Positions 25,301-35,646 of a stretch of DNA of 61,200 nucleotides are shown here, in pieces; the first letter of the stretch is position 1; each line of letters begins with the position of its first letter. Below the pieces are notes generated by a model. The model ran no database searches. It was not told the DNA's origin and worked only from the letters and a program-made list of their open reading frames with translations. Source of the DNA: a virus (Duplodnaviria; Caudoviricetes); the IMG/VR virus record IMGVR_UViG_3300046744_000205, positions 1-61,200 of that record; one strand, written 5' to 3'. A program made the translations under genes and the position numbers.

Positions 25301-28300
25301 ATCATTTAAAACTTTTCTTTCATCTTTACTAAGCTGTAATGTTGAAACATTAGACAAAGCCATTCTTTTCATTTCTTGAATAACTTTAGCTAAGTCTTTT
25401 GTCCCTTTTACTCTATCTCTAATACTCTTTCTGAGGTTATTTATTTTTTTCTGAAAAGTAAAGTTACCCTCTTTTAGATTAATCGATCTATTAAACCCAT
25501 CAATTAATTGCATCTTTACTAGTGCATTTTGCTTTTTAAATATAGGATTAGATTTTAATATTTTTATACCCTGCTCCCTTACTTTTGTTACAGATGCTTT
25601 TTTATTTTTATTAATAAATTTATCTAACTCTTTCTTTACTTCTTGAAATAGCTTAACAGCACTTTTTGCACCATCAGCAACCGTTTGAAACTCTACAGGA
25701 ATTTTAGTAAATATGTCAAGGTTTATTTCTAAAGCAGCATCTATGTCTTTTGCTTTAAATTTTCTATCAATAAGAACTTTTCTTATTGCTGCATCCGGGA
25801 TATCTTTACTTCTACCGTATTTAATGATATCATACATTGAATCACCATCAGGAGCTGTCATTAATTGCAATGCATCATTAAACGCATCTACGTTCTCTTC
25901 AAATAGTTTTTCGCCTGACAATAAATCAACAGATACAGCCTGAACAAATTCATCTAATGTAACGTCTTCAAGTTGTTCGGCGGTATACTTAGATATACCC
26001 ATTAACTTCTTTACATTTTGAAATAGGTCTTTTAAGAATTCTTTAAAGCCTTTTCTTTCTGCGGAAGCCTTAACAAAAGATTCACCCTTATCCCCTATTG
26101 CAGTAGCTAAAGCTTCTTCATAAATATATGTATTTATCTGCTCATCAGTAGCACCATTTTTTCTCATCTGATCGGTCACCCTTTTATAATCAGAACTTTG
26201 TTTTACGGCATCTACATAAGATTTCCCTTCTTTACTTTGTATAAGATCCATTCCTTTATTGTATAATAAAGGTTTTAGTTTCTTAACTACGTTTAACCAT
26301 ATATGTCCAAATTCATGTAGTGGTGTGTTGAAATTTTCAAAAGCAGGATTTAAATATAATTTTCCATTATATATAGCACCATAAATTTTTTGATTCTTAG
26401 TAGAAAGTTTTTTAGCATTCAAGTCATTAACTAACGCATCAAATTCCTCTTGAGTTGTAGAAACCCCTACACTTGGAAATGCTTTTGTTAGCCTATTTAC
26501 AAACTTTTCGTAAGCAGTTGCAACTTTTTCTGTTATCTCATAAGCTGTACTAGTTGTTACCATTGCAGATTGCCCTGCATATCCTATGGCTTCTGATCTA
26601 GTAAAGTCAGTTAATTCTGAAAGCGGACCTAATGATTCTTCAATTAATGTTCTTGTAGCTGTTAAAGATTTTGTTTTTAATATTTGCTTTAAAGCATCAG
26701 AAACTTTTTTTCTATCCTTATCTTTTAATTTCTTTACATCACCTTTCAATAAAGTTTTTACAATATTATCTATTGCATTTTTTCTCTCTTTTGGTTTAAG
26801 TGATTTATCATCAGTCTTTCTCTTTGCTTCTTTTATCTTGTTGTATACATTAGACTCAGACTCCGTTGCGTCTCTTTTTACATCTCCTGTTCTTTTTCTA
26901 TCTAAACCTAAAGATCTTTCTTCTAGTTCAGAGAAATACTTATCCGTAACGCTATAGTATGGAACGGACTCTTCCATAACACCAATAGCTCTACCTCTTA
27001 TGTATATAGGGTAATTATTATGTGTATCTAAACCTTCTTCTATTTGCTGTTCTGTAGATATTTTTGCTGACTCTATTATGTCTTTTATTCCTTGGTCGTA
27101 TTGTTTTTTGTTTATTTCTTTTCTATCAAGCTTAGCATCAAGTTCTTTTTTTAAATCGCTAACTTTTACACCATCCTTATTTGTTATTTCAAGAACAGTT
27201 GTCATTGTTCCAACAGGTTGGTCTTTTATAAACTGCTCACTATTTTCATCAACTAATGTCTTCAAAGAAACGCCTAGGTTCTGAAGCTCTTTTGAAACTT
27301 CTGTCCCTGCATCCATTTCTAAATCTTCAGCGAGTATACTCTGCATTGCAGCAGCTCTAGTTTTTACACCTTCGTTTTCTTGAAGTAATTTAAAGAACGA
27401 TAATGTATCGTTGCTTTTTTCTAAATGTTTCTTTGCATTTTTTACATTTTTATCTGTTGATTTTGAGATATGGTCTTTGACCAAATTCCAAATTTCTGCC
27501 TTTTTTTCTTGAGGAATTTTTTCATCTAACGCATTAGCCGTTTCTATGTTTGAATATATTCCTCCATCACCCATATTATAAACTACGGATGCGTCACCAT
27601 TCATAGCACCCCTAATTATACGGTTTGCTGCTTGCTCCTTAATAGAAGCCCAAGCAACTTTCCCAAACATACCATCCATTAATGGGAAGAACGATCCCCC
27701 CATTTTTTTATATTTATTGGTTTTTTTATTATATGGCTTACTAGGATCTTCTAATTGAACTTTAAGCTTATCTGCCATTAAAAGATTTAATTTTTTACCA
27801 ATTATATCTTTTAATTTAAAACCCTTTACCTTTTCAATTAAGCTTTTATTTTCTTTAAAATCAACAGGTTTTGGTGATACATCAGGTTCTTCAATTTCAA
27901 ATGCTTCTTCAGATTCTTCTTGCTCGTCTAGGTTGCTAAATGTTTCTATAGCCTTTTCCTTTAACTTATCTTTTCTTTCGTCAGCAGTACCTTCTTCAGC
28001 TAATTGAAACTGAGGATCTTCAGACTTTATAAGATCTTCTAATCTTTTTGCTTCTTCGTCGATAAATTCTTGTGTTTCATCTACATCTGCTGATGTTTCT
28101 AATATGGCATCATCTTTTATGATGTATTGCTCTTCAACTGTACCTCTTGCATCACGAGTAATTAGTTTCACAACCTGAGCATCCGAATCGTCAATTAGTT
28201 TCTCCTCTTGCTTTTTTACCTCACTTAAAGGTTGATTTGTATCTTCAACTTTTACCACGTCAATCGTAGTGCCGGGAGGAACTGTGAATTTTTTTAATGG

Positions 28301-31228
28301 CTTGTCTCCTTTGTAATCACTAGCTAATTTCTTATCAGCAGCAGCAAATTCACCTTTCTCTATTTTGTGTGCCGAAAAAGGCTTACCATCTTTTATTTTA
28401 GGCTGCATACCCTTAAATAAGGTTTGCTCCTCAGTAGTTGTTATTTGTTCTCCCGGAGTCTTAGCTTGTTCAAGCTCAACTTTTGCTTCAGTTTTAAGTG
28501 GTTTCTTTATTTCTTTAAATTGACTGCCATCTTTTATTATTCCTGCCCCCCCTAACTCTATATAATTTGACCCTTCATCAAATTCTGTCTTATTCTCACC
28601 CCCATCTGTTATTTTTCCTACCTTAACAAAACCTTTTAAAACTCTTCCATAACCTTGAGCAAAACTCATAGACTCAGAAATATAAGTTCCGCCGGAAAGA
28701 TCATCTTTTAACTGCTCTCTACTTGCTTTTGTTCCATGAAACATGACTCTTGGCATCATGTTTTTGTCTGTCATTACTGTTACATTGTTTTCTGACAATA
28801 TTTTTAATCTGTTTTCTTTAGTTTTTTCATTAGTTGGTAGATTATCATATTGTTCTTTTGCTTTCTGCCAATCCCCGTACTTATCTATAAACTCATCAGA
28901 TGTTATCGTATCAATTATATCTTGAGATGTTATATCTTCTTTATTATCCTTAATATCTTTTATGTCTTTTTTATTACTTTCCGCTATTTCAGGATTTTCA
29001 CTTTTAGATAATTTTTCAGCAACTTCCAACCCTTCGTTAATAGATTTCTCTATATCTTCATATGCTACAGTTTCTTCAGGGTTTATTTTTTGTTTTCTTT
29101 CTTCTTGTATTTTTATATCAGGTGCAGCTTCTTCAGTTACTTTTTCTTCAACCTCTACTTCAGGTGCAGCTTCTTCAGCTACGTCTTCGGCAACTTCATT
29201 TACTATTTTTTGGGCATCTTGATTTACTTCTTTTTCTATTTCACCAAACTTAGCCTTAACATCATCAGTTTGCCCTGAAAGCCAATCTTTGTAAGTGTCT
29301 GCAAATTGCTGACCTGCTTTTGTTGCACTACCAAATAAAACACCCATTCCAAATGTAGATAATCCAAATTCCAAATTTTGATCTAACTTCCCGAATCTTT
29401 CAACCCAAAGGTCTTTTACTTTCTTTAAATCTCCATCTGATTCATTAATTATATTACCTAACTCGTTACCATACTCCTCAGCCATTTCACCCAATCCTGT
29501 GCCTGTTCTTTGTGCAGCAGCAGCCAAAAATTTATGTGCTTTAGATGCATTTTTGCCAAAAGCTTTGAGCATTGTCTGCATATATAAATTTCTTCTACCT
29601 ACAGCAGAAAGTGCTTTTGAAAATGTTTCACCTAAAGCACCTGATAAGAATGAAGCCTCATCTTTAACTGCTTCATCTCCAAAAAATTGTGCAGCTTCGT
29701 AGGTTATACCCTGCTCAGCAGCACCTAATAAAAATTTACTAAACCTGTTGGTATCTTTTAGTTTATCAAAAGCCCTTCCTATTTTTGTTATATTTTTTAA
29801 ACCCCTAACAGTACCACCTGCAAGAGCAAAATCTTTCATCATAGCTAGGGTTGTGCCTGTCATAGACCCGGCTTTTTCGCCTGTAGTCATATCAAAAGAT
29901 GACTCTAATGCTTTAATATTTTCTTCTGATATATCTTTACCTACATCAGCTTTCTGTAGTACGTCGAAAATAATACTAGACTCTTCTTGCTCTGTAGTAG
30001 ATAAACTTGCATCGCTAATAGTAGAAGCAAAGGATTTACCAAATTGACTAAAAAAATTATCTTCTTTTAATGCTTTTCTGTTTAATAAAGCAATTGGTGT
30101 TAATGCCTCAAGTTTTTTATATGCCCTAACATATCTTCTAATAACAGGACTAGCCCCTGATATGTCATCAATAAGTGGTATAGTAGAAAGAACCATATCT
30201 GAAGCTCTCATCGCATCTCTAGCTTCATCATATTCTAATACCGCAGCATCATAATAGTTGAGGAACTTTTCATAAGGAGTCTCACCTTCTTGCTTTTGCA
30301 TTTCAGGTGTACTTACGTAAATTTCTTTAGCTGCTTCAACAGGTTTAAAAAAAGATTTATACTTAGTTTGTAGTTTTAATAAATTTTCTTTTAGTTGTTT
30401 GTTTTCAGGATCTTTAGATAATTCAAATCTAGCCTTCTTTATAGCTTCTTGATTTTCATTAAGATATTGTTCTTTGATTTTTGTTAGACTTTGTTCATAC
30501 CCTTCTTTTTCTTTAATTGCATCACTAAGAGCTTTTTCAGAATTTCGAAGCCATTTGTTTTGTTCAGGGTCTTTATATATTTCTATTCTTTCGTCGACGT
30601 TTTTTATATCCTGCAACAATTTATACTCACGTTTATCTGATTCACCTAGAAACCCTGAAGCCATTTCATACCTCATGTCTCTAATTTGATCTTTATTTTC
30701 GTATATATTGTTATCAATTAAAGACTGATCCTTTTCTTTAACTTTTTTTACATAGTCTAAATTTTCAAATTGTTCTTCAGGTATAGTTGGTGCTTCAAAT
30801 TGTTGTTCTGTTTCCGGAGCAGTTATAGGCTCAACAGACATTGGATCAAACCTACTTTTTTTTTGTGGTGGTTGTTCTTGTTTTTTCGGAGGATCTATAG
30901 TTTCTCCGACAAGCATTATATCCTCTTCACCTGATGATGAGTCCGAAGAACCATTTCCTTCCTGAACTTGCTCTGTAATAGATTCCGTAACCTCCATCTC
31001 TCCATTTGATTCTGAAGAGTCTTTTTTTTTTAAACCTACATTATCTTTCCACGTGCCTAGATCACTTTCTACAAAACCATTTTGCGACAAATACGAATGC
31101 ACATTATCCTGTACATTTTCTTTTGAAGCAATATTGTTTTTCCATGTTTCAAAATCACTTTGAGTTTTATTATCAGCAGTAAGCTGATTCCAAATGTTTT
31201 TTAATCTTTTATCGTCCATGTTGTTCAA
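22331..31228 (-). CDS. Giant internal virion/ejection polyvalent protein (2965 aa) with ART-like and zincin domains
   Basis: Position after tail genes; FIDKYGDW...PRVMFHGT; TPLHEFGHIW...EEALA. Confidence 0.8.
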   Translation of the reverse strand: MNNMDDKRLKNIWNQLTADNKTQSDFETWKNNIASKENVQDNVHSYLSQNGFVESDLGTWKDNVGLKKKDSSESNGEMEVTESITEQVQEGNGSSDSSSGEEDIMLVGETIDPPKKQEQPPQKKSRFDPMSVEPITAPETEQQFEAPTIPEEQFENLDYVKKVKEKDQSLIDNNIYENKDQIRDMRYEMASGFLGESDKREYKLLQDIKNVDERIEIYKDPEQNKWLRNSEKALSDAIKEKEGYEQSLTKIKEQYLNENQEAIKKARFELSKDPENKQLKENLLKLQTKYKSFFKPVEAAKEIYVSTPEMQKQEGETPYEKFLNYYDAAVLEYDEARDAMRASDMVLSTIPLIDDISGASPVIRRYVRAYKKLEALTPIALLNRKALKEDNFFSQFGKSFASTISDASLSTTEQEESSIIFDVLQKADVGKDISEENIKALESSFDMTTGEKAGSMTGTTLAMMKDFALAGGTVRGLKNITKIGRAFDKLKDTNRFSKFLLGAAEQGITYEAAQFFGDEAVKDEASFLSGALGETFSKALSAVGRRNLYMQTMLKAFGKNASKAHKFLAAAAQRTGTGLGEMAEEYGNELGNIINESDGDLKKVKDLWVERFGKLDQNLEFGLSTFGMGVLFGSATKAGQQFADTYKDWLSGQTDDVKAKFGEIEKEVNQDAQKIVNEVAEDVAEEAAPEVEVEEKVTEEAAPDIKIQEERKQKINPEETVAYEDIEKSINEGLEVAEKLSKSENPEIAESNKKDIKDIKDNKEDITSQDIIDTITSDEFIDKYGDWQKAKEQYDNLPTNEKTKENRLKILSENNVTVMTDKNMMPRVMFHGTKASREQLKDDLSGGTYISESMSFAQGYGRVLKGFVKVGKITDGGENKTEFDEGSNYIELGGAGIIKDGSQFKEIKKPLKTEAKVELEQAKTPGEQITTTEEQTLFKGMQPKIKDGKPFSAHKIEKGEFAAADKKLASDYKGDKPLKKFTVPPGTTIDVVKVEDTNQPLSEVKKQEEKLIDDSDAQVVKLITRDARGTVEEQYIIKDDAILETSADVDETQEFIDEEAKRLEDLIKSEDPQFQLAEEGTADERKDKLKEKAIETFSNLDEQEESEEAFEIEEPDVSPKPVDFKENKSLIEKVKGFKLKDIIGKKLNLLMADKLKVQLEDPSKPYNKKTNKYKKMGGSFFPLMDGMFGKVAWASIKEQAANRIIRGAMNGDASVVYNMGDGGIYSNIETANALDEKIPQEKKAEIWNLVKDHISKSTDKNVKNAKKHLEKSNDTLSFFKLLQENEGVKTRAAAMQSILAEDLEMDAGTEVSKELQNLGVSLKTLVDENSEQFIKDQPVGTMTTVLEITNKDGVKVSDLKKELDAKLDRKEINKKQYDQGIKDIIESAKISTEQQIEEGLDTHNNYPIYIRGRAIGVMEESVPYYSVTDKYFSELEERSLGLDRKRTGDVKRDATESESNVYNKIKEAKRKTDDKSLKPKERKNAIDNIVKTLLKGDVKKLKDKDRKKVSDALKQILKTKSLTATRTLIEESLGPLSELTDFTRSEAIGYAGQSAMVTTSTAYEITEKVATAYEKFVNRLTKAFPSVGVSTTQEEFDALVNDLNAKKLSTKNQKIYGAIYNGKLYLNPAFENFNTPLHEFGHIWLNVVKKLKPLLYNKGMDLIQSKEGKSYVDAVKQSSDYKRVTDQMRKNGATDEQINTYIYEEALATAIGDKGESFVKASAERKGFKEFLKDLFQNVKKLMGISKYTAEQLEDVTLDEFVQAVSVDLLSGEKLFEENVDAFNDALQLMTAPDGDSMYDIIKYGRSKDIPDAAIRKVLIDRKFKAKDIDAALEINLDIFTKIPVEFQTVADGAKSAVKLFQEVKKELDKFINKNKKASVTKVREQGIKILKSNPIFKKQNALVKMQLIDGFNRSINLKEGNFTFQKKINNLRKSIRDRVKGTKDLAKVIQEMKRMALSNVSTLQLSKDERKVLNDIIKSIGSLTMVNVKIETEKILNAIRKKRASDKAKTIKSIKKLIKDSSTRKAKIGKDAKSFFKSAKDIFQTLTSGDQIKIDALAAAINENQYLNDQIQEKVDKEEKLTPKEIKIYNDFLAYKMFNNIDNMTLEEVIEVYNGLKSNKKEGIQVLKDIQSIESKKRLEEEAEAVNQIKETNPELFDDKGNLLDNNQIKAKRLEIYKKFKQLKIPEAISDYVKLFKYGGYTYMIRSLKNNLMNNIETLTNIADRTTKGFNLFRKKIYDKLNVMNTNRLAGLQAMEKKLNSIVDNIGAKYKSKTGVTLKGYKAIQVIAQRKGSMEIDGIVSSLGGKSIGTFGPSELMTIYAYWKNENVKKKLEKQGFTQDKIDAIEKHLGKELTAFADSIVDFLSNEYYDGINEVYSEVNYNNLGAIENYFPLTTLSTEKDSKKYSELTKDGNFSESFNTETAPYWKARTDKETDVDLTDIDFFTKLDRYINTMEGYKAYAKGAKELQSFFEIPAVKILLKNLYIDNAIRAFVLKQLSPNSLGVDAYKGFAPFRGLLSNMTRVVLGFKTIQIAKQTISFIQAFPKYDYFGENYKGKVPSIIRRRVDLMMFLIDAARMYASLGKDLIGKDGVIAEALEASPDFKDRWKQALKGEVYSLESGTGIRLRGGRRKFTRADRGAAKLAAVQGAPTTIGDVLGVLGYMINYKRNIANGMNKSDALRLLNDYNSTQQTRRETERTQLQGSKNPLVRTFLMFGSAIFAQQNKLAQSTRNIYRSIFSSQVPRTEDVRSFVINGFLVNILFEMTANIFRLIKGDDEDLKEVMDSLKEIMLFTKQLYAVPLIGSTLEELDLGGKAIAYLDNDFYEKPKFRSQDVVNPFNVIYRRTLKNADSDRGFLFNSARPAAEALVGFNVDPFIGTYNYFSADKMDFMEQEEEMMNALGVTPSYQPNRLRQEVRDKDYVDAVKKEEAEEQKFIDRLGDVKAPTGEKGRSGAKREGRNTRSKRR

Positions 31229-32998
31229 TTAACCCATATCCATTTCTTCTGTCAATTTGGTAGCTTGGGCGTTTGTTAAATTTCTTTTTATAAAATCTAA
31301 TAAGTTACCATTTTCAGATGATATTTCAACAGATTTCTCACCTGACTTATCACCCCTTGGTTTTATGATCGCTTTCCATCCCGACCTACCTGACATTATT
31401 TTTATATTTGTTTTAGGTAAATCTAAATATTTTGCTAATGTTCTTTGCAATACAGATGTTGCTGCTTCTTTTGAAAGACCCGTTACATCGTATTCTTCCT
31501 TCGTCATAGATCGAATAACCCGATCTTTTGGCATCGTTCTTAATGGCTTGTCATCTAATACATTAGATAGTTTTCTATTTGGATCATATCTATTGCCTTG
31601 TAATACCCTTCCATAATCTTTTTGGAAAGTCTGAGGAACAAAATAATTACTGTATCTTCTGAGCCACACTTCTTGACTTAATTGGCTTCCATCTTCATCA
31701 AAAAAGCTCATAAATTCAGGCTGCTCTCCTGTTGTGTATGTTAATTGTACACCCTTTGGTGTTCTTAGTATAGATTTTATTCCTGCGTTAAGACCACCTA
31801 AATTTGTTTTTGCTGTTGATATCTCCTCAGAAGTTCCATACCACAGGTTAGAAATAGATGTTAAGAAATCGCTAGCATTAGCACCCCCCGGAGATGGCTT
31901 GGGAGGAGGTTTTGGAGTCACAGCTCTGATTCTCCCCGTTTCATCTACATCAACTGTTCTATCTATCTTGCTTCTAAGCTCTGTTCTTATCTTGTTTTCG
32001 ACTACTTCTTCTTGCTCTTTTGTTATATCTGCTTCTAATTGTCCGTTAGAGTTGTAGAAAACCTTAACCCTATCACTACCCTTGCAGTCTTCTCCCGGAT
32101 CGCATACGGAATATTCGTTTCCTGTATTAGGATCTTTACCTACATAATCCATAAGTAATGACCTTAGGTTTTGAGGGTTGCTCATCATAGATTGAATGTA
32201 TCCGTTTTCAGCAGCTAAATAATCTTTACTAATTTTCTTTAGTTCATCGGGAACATTTACATCTGCACCAACCTTAGTTATATCTTCAACAGTAGTTATT
32301 GTTCCGGCTTTTTGGTAGTTGGCTAATTCCCTAAATACATATTGGAACTCCCCTAAGCCTGTTGCAATATCAGTTATATTTTTACTTGCATCATATATAT
32401 CAGGACTGTCCATATATATATTAGCTATTGCTTCCATACTAGCCGTATCATTTGGATCTGTACTATTTACAAAGCCACCCTTCCCATCAGGCACTAAAAC
32501 ATTAGCAACGACGTTACCATTATCCTGCATTACTAAACGCATGCCGTTGAGATCAGTAAACTTATTTATTTTATCTAAATTCTGTTGGGTAAATTTACTC
32601 ATCTTACCCTCCTCTGACTGCTTCATAAGAACACCATATTGCTGCTGAATATTTTCAAATAGATTCATAGCTTTGCCGGTACTTTGCGTAGCCCTTTGCA
32701 ATATCGTCATATATTTTTCTCTGCTTATCTCTCCCCTGTCATACATCCTTTTGAAATTGCCGATCTTTGGAACAACTTCACCTTGTGCGAACTCCATTGC
32801 TCTTGTATTCCATTCGGTATTAGCACCTAAAGGAATATCTATGTTTGTTGCTACCTCCGTTAAATCTTCAACAGCCTGAGCCCTACCTTGTTTTCTTTGT
32901 TGTGCACCAAGAATTTTATCAGAAAACCCTTTACTTACTTCAGCCCAATCTACCTGACTGTCTGCACCTCTTTCTACATATCCAAACTTACTTGCCAT
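31229..32998 (-). CDS. Putative internal virion protein
   Basis: Position; helical N-terminus. Confidence 0.6.
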   Translation of the reverse strand: MASKFGYVERGADSQVDWAEVSKGFSDKILGAQQRKQGRAQAVEDLTEVATNIDIPLGANTEWNTRAMEFAQGEVVPKIGNFKRMYDRGEISREKYMTILQRATQSTGKAMNLFENIQQQYGVLMKQSEEGKMSKFTQQNLDKINKFTDLNGMRLVMQDNGNVVANVLVPDGKGGFVNSTDPNDTASMEAIANIYMDSPDIYDASKNITDIATGLGEFQYVFRELANYQKAGTITTVEDITKVGADVNVPDELKKISKDYLAAENGYIQSMMSNPQNLRSLLMDYVGKDPNTGNEYSVCDPGEDCKGSDRVKVFYNSNGQLEADITKEQEEVVENKIRTELRSKIDRTVDVDETGRIRAVTPKPPPKPSPGGANASDFLTSISNLWYGTSEEISTAKTNLGGLNAGIKSILRTPKGVQLTYTTGEQPEFMSFFDEDGSQLSQEVWLRRYSNYFVPQTFQKDYGRVLQGNRYDPNRKLSNVLDDKPLRTMPKDRVIRSMTKEEYDVTGLSKEAATSVLQRTLAKYLDLPKTNIKIMSGRSGWKAIIKPRGDKSGEKSVEISSENGNLLDFIKRNLTNAQATKLTEEMDMG

Positions 32999-33007
32999 AT
33001 ATTATAA

Positions 33008-33856
33008 TTAAAAACCTGTGTTACTACGTCCTCTAGGGTAATCCAAAATATTCGGGTAAAGTGAAGGCGTGCTGCTATATTTAGGTGTCATTATATTAGG
33101 CATCAATTGTAATTCATTACCCTGCCCAAAATCAGCTCCCTGAGTAAAACTAAATATTGGATCGTAAGGGTTAAATTGAGTTGTACTAGGCACTATAGGT
33201 GCTATAGGTGATGTCTGCATAATAGAAGACTGACCGGTATTTGTTACCCCCATTGCTGCAAGTTGTGCCGCTTCACGTCCTGCACGTCTATCTGCTATGT
33301 TGGCTTTTATTTTTTTTGATAGCTGTCCATCTGACTGATCCATTCCTAATGCTACCGCAGATCCCGCAGTACTAAGACCTCCCTCTACCCCTTCTTTAAT
33401 TTGTCTATCAAGATCAGACATATATAGCTCTTGTCCTGCTTTTTCTTGAAGTTCTATGCCTGCTAATGCATCATACTCCTGTTCTTTAGAACGTGCTTTT
33501 AATAGATCTAAATCATAAATATCCCCTGCCATTTGAGATGCTATATTTGCGTCTATCGCTTGTTTTTGAGAATAAACACCACCTATTCTTCCCGCACCTC
33601 TATCTGACTCTCTAAGTGCTTCTATAGCCTGTGCTGCTGAAACATTTGCAGCTTCCTGCTGCCTAATATATGCTTCCTTTGCTATAGCCATACCTTCAAA
33701 TGCGTTTTTCTTTACAAGTTTTTTAGCATTTGCCATAGCCCTTTCTGCATCCCTCTCTGCTTGTTTCCTCAATGATGATGCTTGGTTTGCCTGCTCAAAG
33801 TTTTTATATGCTCCATAAGCCATTAAACCTATCTGAATTGCTGCTCCTATCGCCAT
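33008..33856 (-). CDS. Putative internal virion (ejection) protein
   Basis: Ala/Gly/Gln-rich helical, hydrophobic N-terminus; first of three genes of increasing size. Confidence 0.6.
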   Translation of the reverse strand: MAIGAAIQIGLMAYGAYKNFEQANQASSLRKQAERDAERAMANAKKLVKKNAFEGMAIAKEAYIRQQEAANVSAAQAIEALRESDRGAGRIGGVYSQKQAIDANIASQMAGDIYDLDLLKARSKEQEYDALAGIELQEKAGQELYMSDLDRQIKEGVEGGLSTAGSAVALGMDQSDGQLSKKIKANIADRRAGREAAQLAAMGVTNTGQSSIMQTSPIAPIVPSTTQFNPYDPIFSFTQGADFGQGNELQLMPNIMTPKYSSTPSLYPNILDYPRGRSNTGF

Positions 33857-33894
33857 AATAATATTCTTTGTGATTTAGCACAAAGATAATAAAT

Positions 33895-34725
33895 TTAAGG
33901 GAAACTTTTCATAACCTCTGACTCAACAGCAAATAACTCAACTTTTGTATTCTTAGAATAACTTAAATCAAATACTGCATAGTGCCCTAATACACCGTGA
34001 GATTCAGCAACTGAGTTCTTGATAAACAAGAAGGTCTCTACGTTTGTTGGTATTGGCGTAGTCCCGGCAGGTGATGTGCTTATAACAACATTATTAATAC
34101 CCCCTCTAAGGTTTACGTTAATAGCTGTTACGTTTCCTGCATACACAGGCACATTACTGCTTGACAAAAAGTAAAAGTAGTCATCAACACTTAATATATT
34201 ACCTATCTGAATTGTTGTTGCGAAGTTTATTGTAGCAGCCCCTGAAACAATAGCTACTGTCGTACTATTACCTATACCGTTTAAGGAACGCAATGAATTT
34301 TCAGGTAAAGCAGCAGGTGTAGAGCCTAAGCCCTTATTCCTAACAAACGCAAACCAACTCTGCTCTTTCTTTTCAAAATAACTATAGTCTACGAATCCTG
34401 AATCTTGTATATCAGTTTTAAGGGTAGCTGCCCAAGCATCATCTCCCTCTAAATTAAGCGTTTTAAAGAGCTTATTCTCTAGTGGTGACACATTGAATAC
34501 GCTTTCCATAGTAGATGGCTTAAACGCCTCAGATGCAGTACCTACTTGAGTCCACCATTGTGAATAGAATGTATTTCTACTCTCGTTCACATTATGACGG
34601 TAAATGTTACCTCCCTTAAAGGTATAAAAATATTGATTCATTCCTATCATCCAATCAGGAAAATAAGTATAGAAGGATGGAAATCCCTGTACTCCTTCGT
34701 CATATGTTAGTGTATAATTTGGCAT
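33895..34725 (-). CDS. Tail structural protein
   Basis: Beta-rich; within tail operon. Confidence 0.6.
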   Translation of the reverse strand: MPNYTLTYDEGVQGFPSFYTYFPDWMIGMNQYFYTFKGGNIYRHNVNESRNTFYSQWWTQVGTASEAFKPSTMESVFNVSPLENKLFKTLNLEGDDAWAATLKTDIQDSGFVDYSYFEKKEQSWFAFVRNKGLGSTPAALPENSLRSLNGIGNSTTVAIVSGAATINFATTIQIGNILSVDDYFYFLSSSNVPVYAGNVTAINVNLRGGINNVVISTSPAGTTPIPTNVETFLFIKNSVAESHGVLGHYAVFDLSYSKNTKVELFAVESEVMKSFP

Positions 34726-34728
34726 ATC

Positions 34729-35634
34729 TTAACAGTTTGTTTTAGCTATTATTACTCCGTTTGCATCGACCTCAATATATTGAGTCGCACTTATTTTATA
34801 AAACCCTTGAGCTAGTACATTACTTCCATATGCATCTGAGAATACCCAATCATTAACAGCAGGAGTTCCTGATGTTCCTGATACAGGAGCATTATATATT
34901 GATGTATTTATTACACTAAATCCACACGCCTGTGCTTTCGTGTTACCCCTAACTGATGATAAAAAACTTGTCAGTAGAACAGGACACTCAACCTCCACAG
35001 TAAATGCCGTTGAAGAGCAAGTACCTACCATATCAATATTTATATTGTTTGGAGACGCAGCAACTTTTGGTATCACCATAACACAAACTCCCGGGTCTGA
35101 ACTTGATAAACTTATTTCGCCTGCTTGAGGAGTTACACTTGTTGTTGTTCCCGTATTTTGAAATCCTACTCCATTTTTATACTTATACTTAATAAGGTTG
35201 CTATATGTTGTCCCTGCTGAAAGGCAAGCATTTGCTGTACCAAGATAAGTGTATCCACCTGATACTGTGCTACCGTGATACCCATCCACAGGAGAACTTA
35301 GCTTATTATACAGAACACCATTATATGTAGCTCGTATGCCATCAGGGATTAACACAGGAGTAAACTTAACGATAACAGCACCCAAAGTAGCTCCTAAATC
35401 AACATTAAGTTCGTATACACCATTGTTTAGCGAGCCTGTGCCTATAGGACTACCACAAGGAGTTAAGCACTCCGGGCAGTTTTGTATAGGTCCTAATATT
35501 CCACTAACCTGTTCTCTGCTTATACCACTCCCATCAGCATAGAATCCATCTGCACTAATAATAGTTAATGCAGCATTGTCAAATACTGTTGTTGAGTTTT
35601 CTAGTGTTGTTCCGTTTAAGTAATGTATCGCCAT
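34729..35634 (-). CDS. Tail-associated structural protein
   Basis: Gly/Ser/Thr-rich, Cys-containing; within tail operon. Confidence 0.55.
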   Translation of the reverse strand: MAIHYLNGTTLENSTTVFDNAALTIISADGFYADGSGISREQVSGILGPIQNCPECLTPCGSPIGTGSLNNGVYELNVDLGATLGAVIVKFTPVLIPDGIRATYNGVLYNKLSSPVDGYHGSTVSGGYTYLGTANACLSAGTTYSNLIKYKYKNGVGFQNTGTTTSVTPQAGEISLSSSDPGVCVMVIPKVAASPNNINIDMVGTCSSTAFTVEVECPVLLTSFLSSVRGNTKAQACGFSVINTSIYNAPVSGTSGTPAVNDWVFSDAYGSNVLAQGFYKISATQYIEVDANGVIIAKTNC

Positions 35635-35646
35635 AATTTAATTATT

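Noticed and set aside
22331-31228. Virion RNA polymerase as in crAss-like or N4-like phages
   Set aside because: I found no convincing DxDxD catalytic motif, and early promoters match the host consensus
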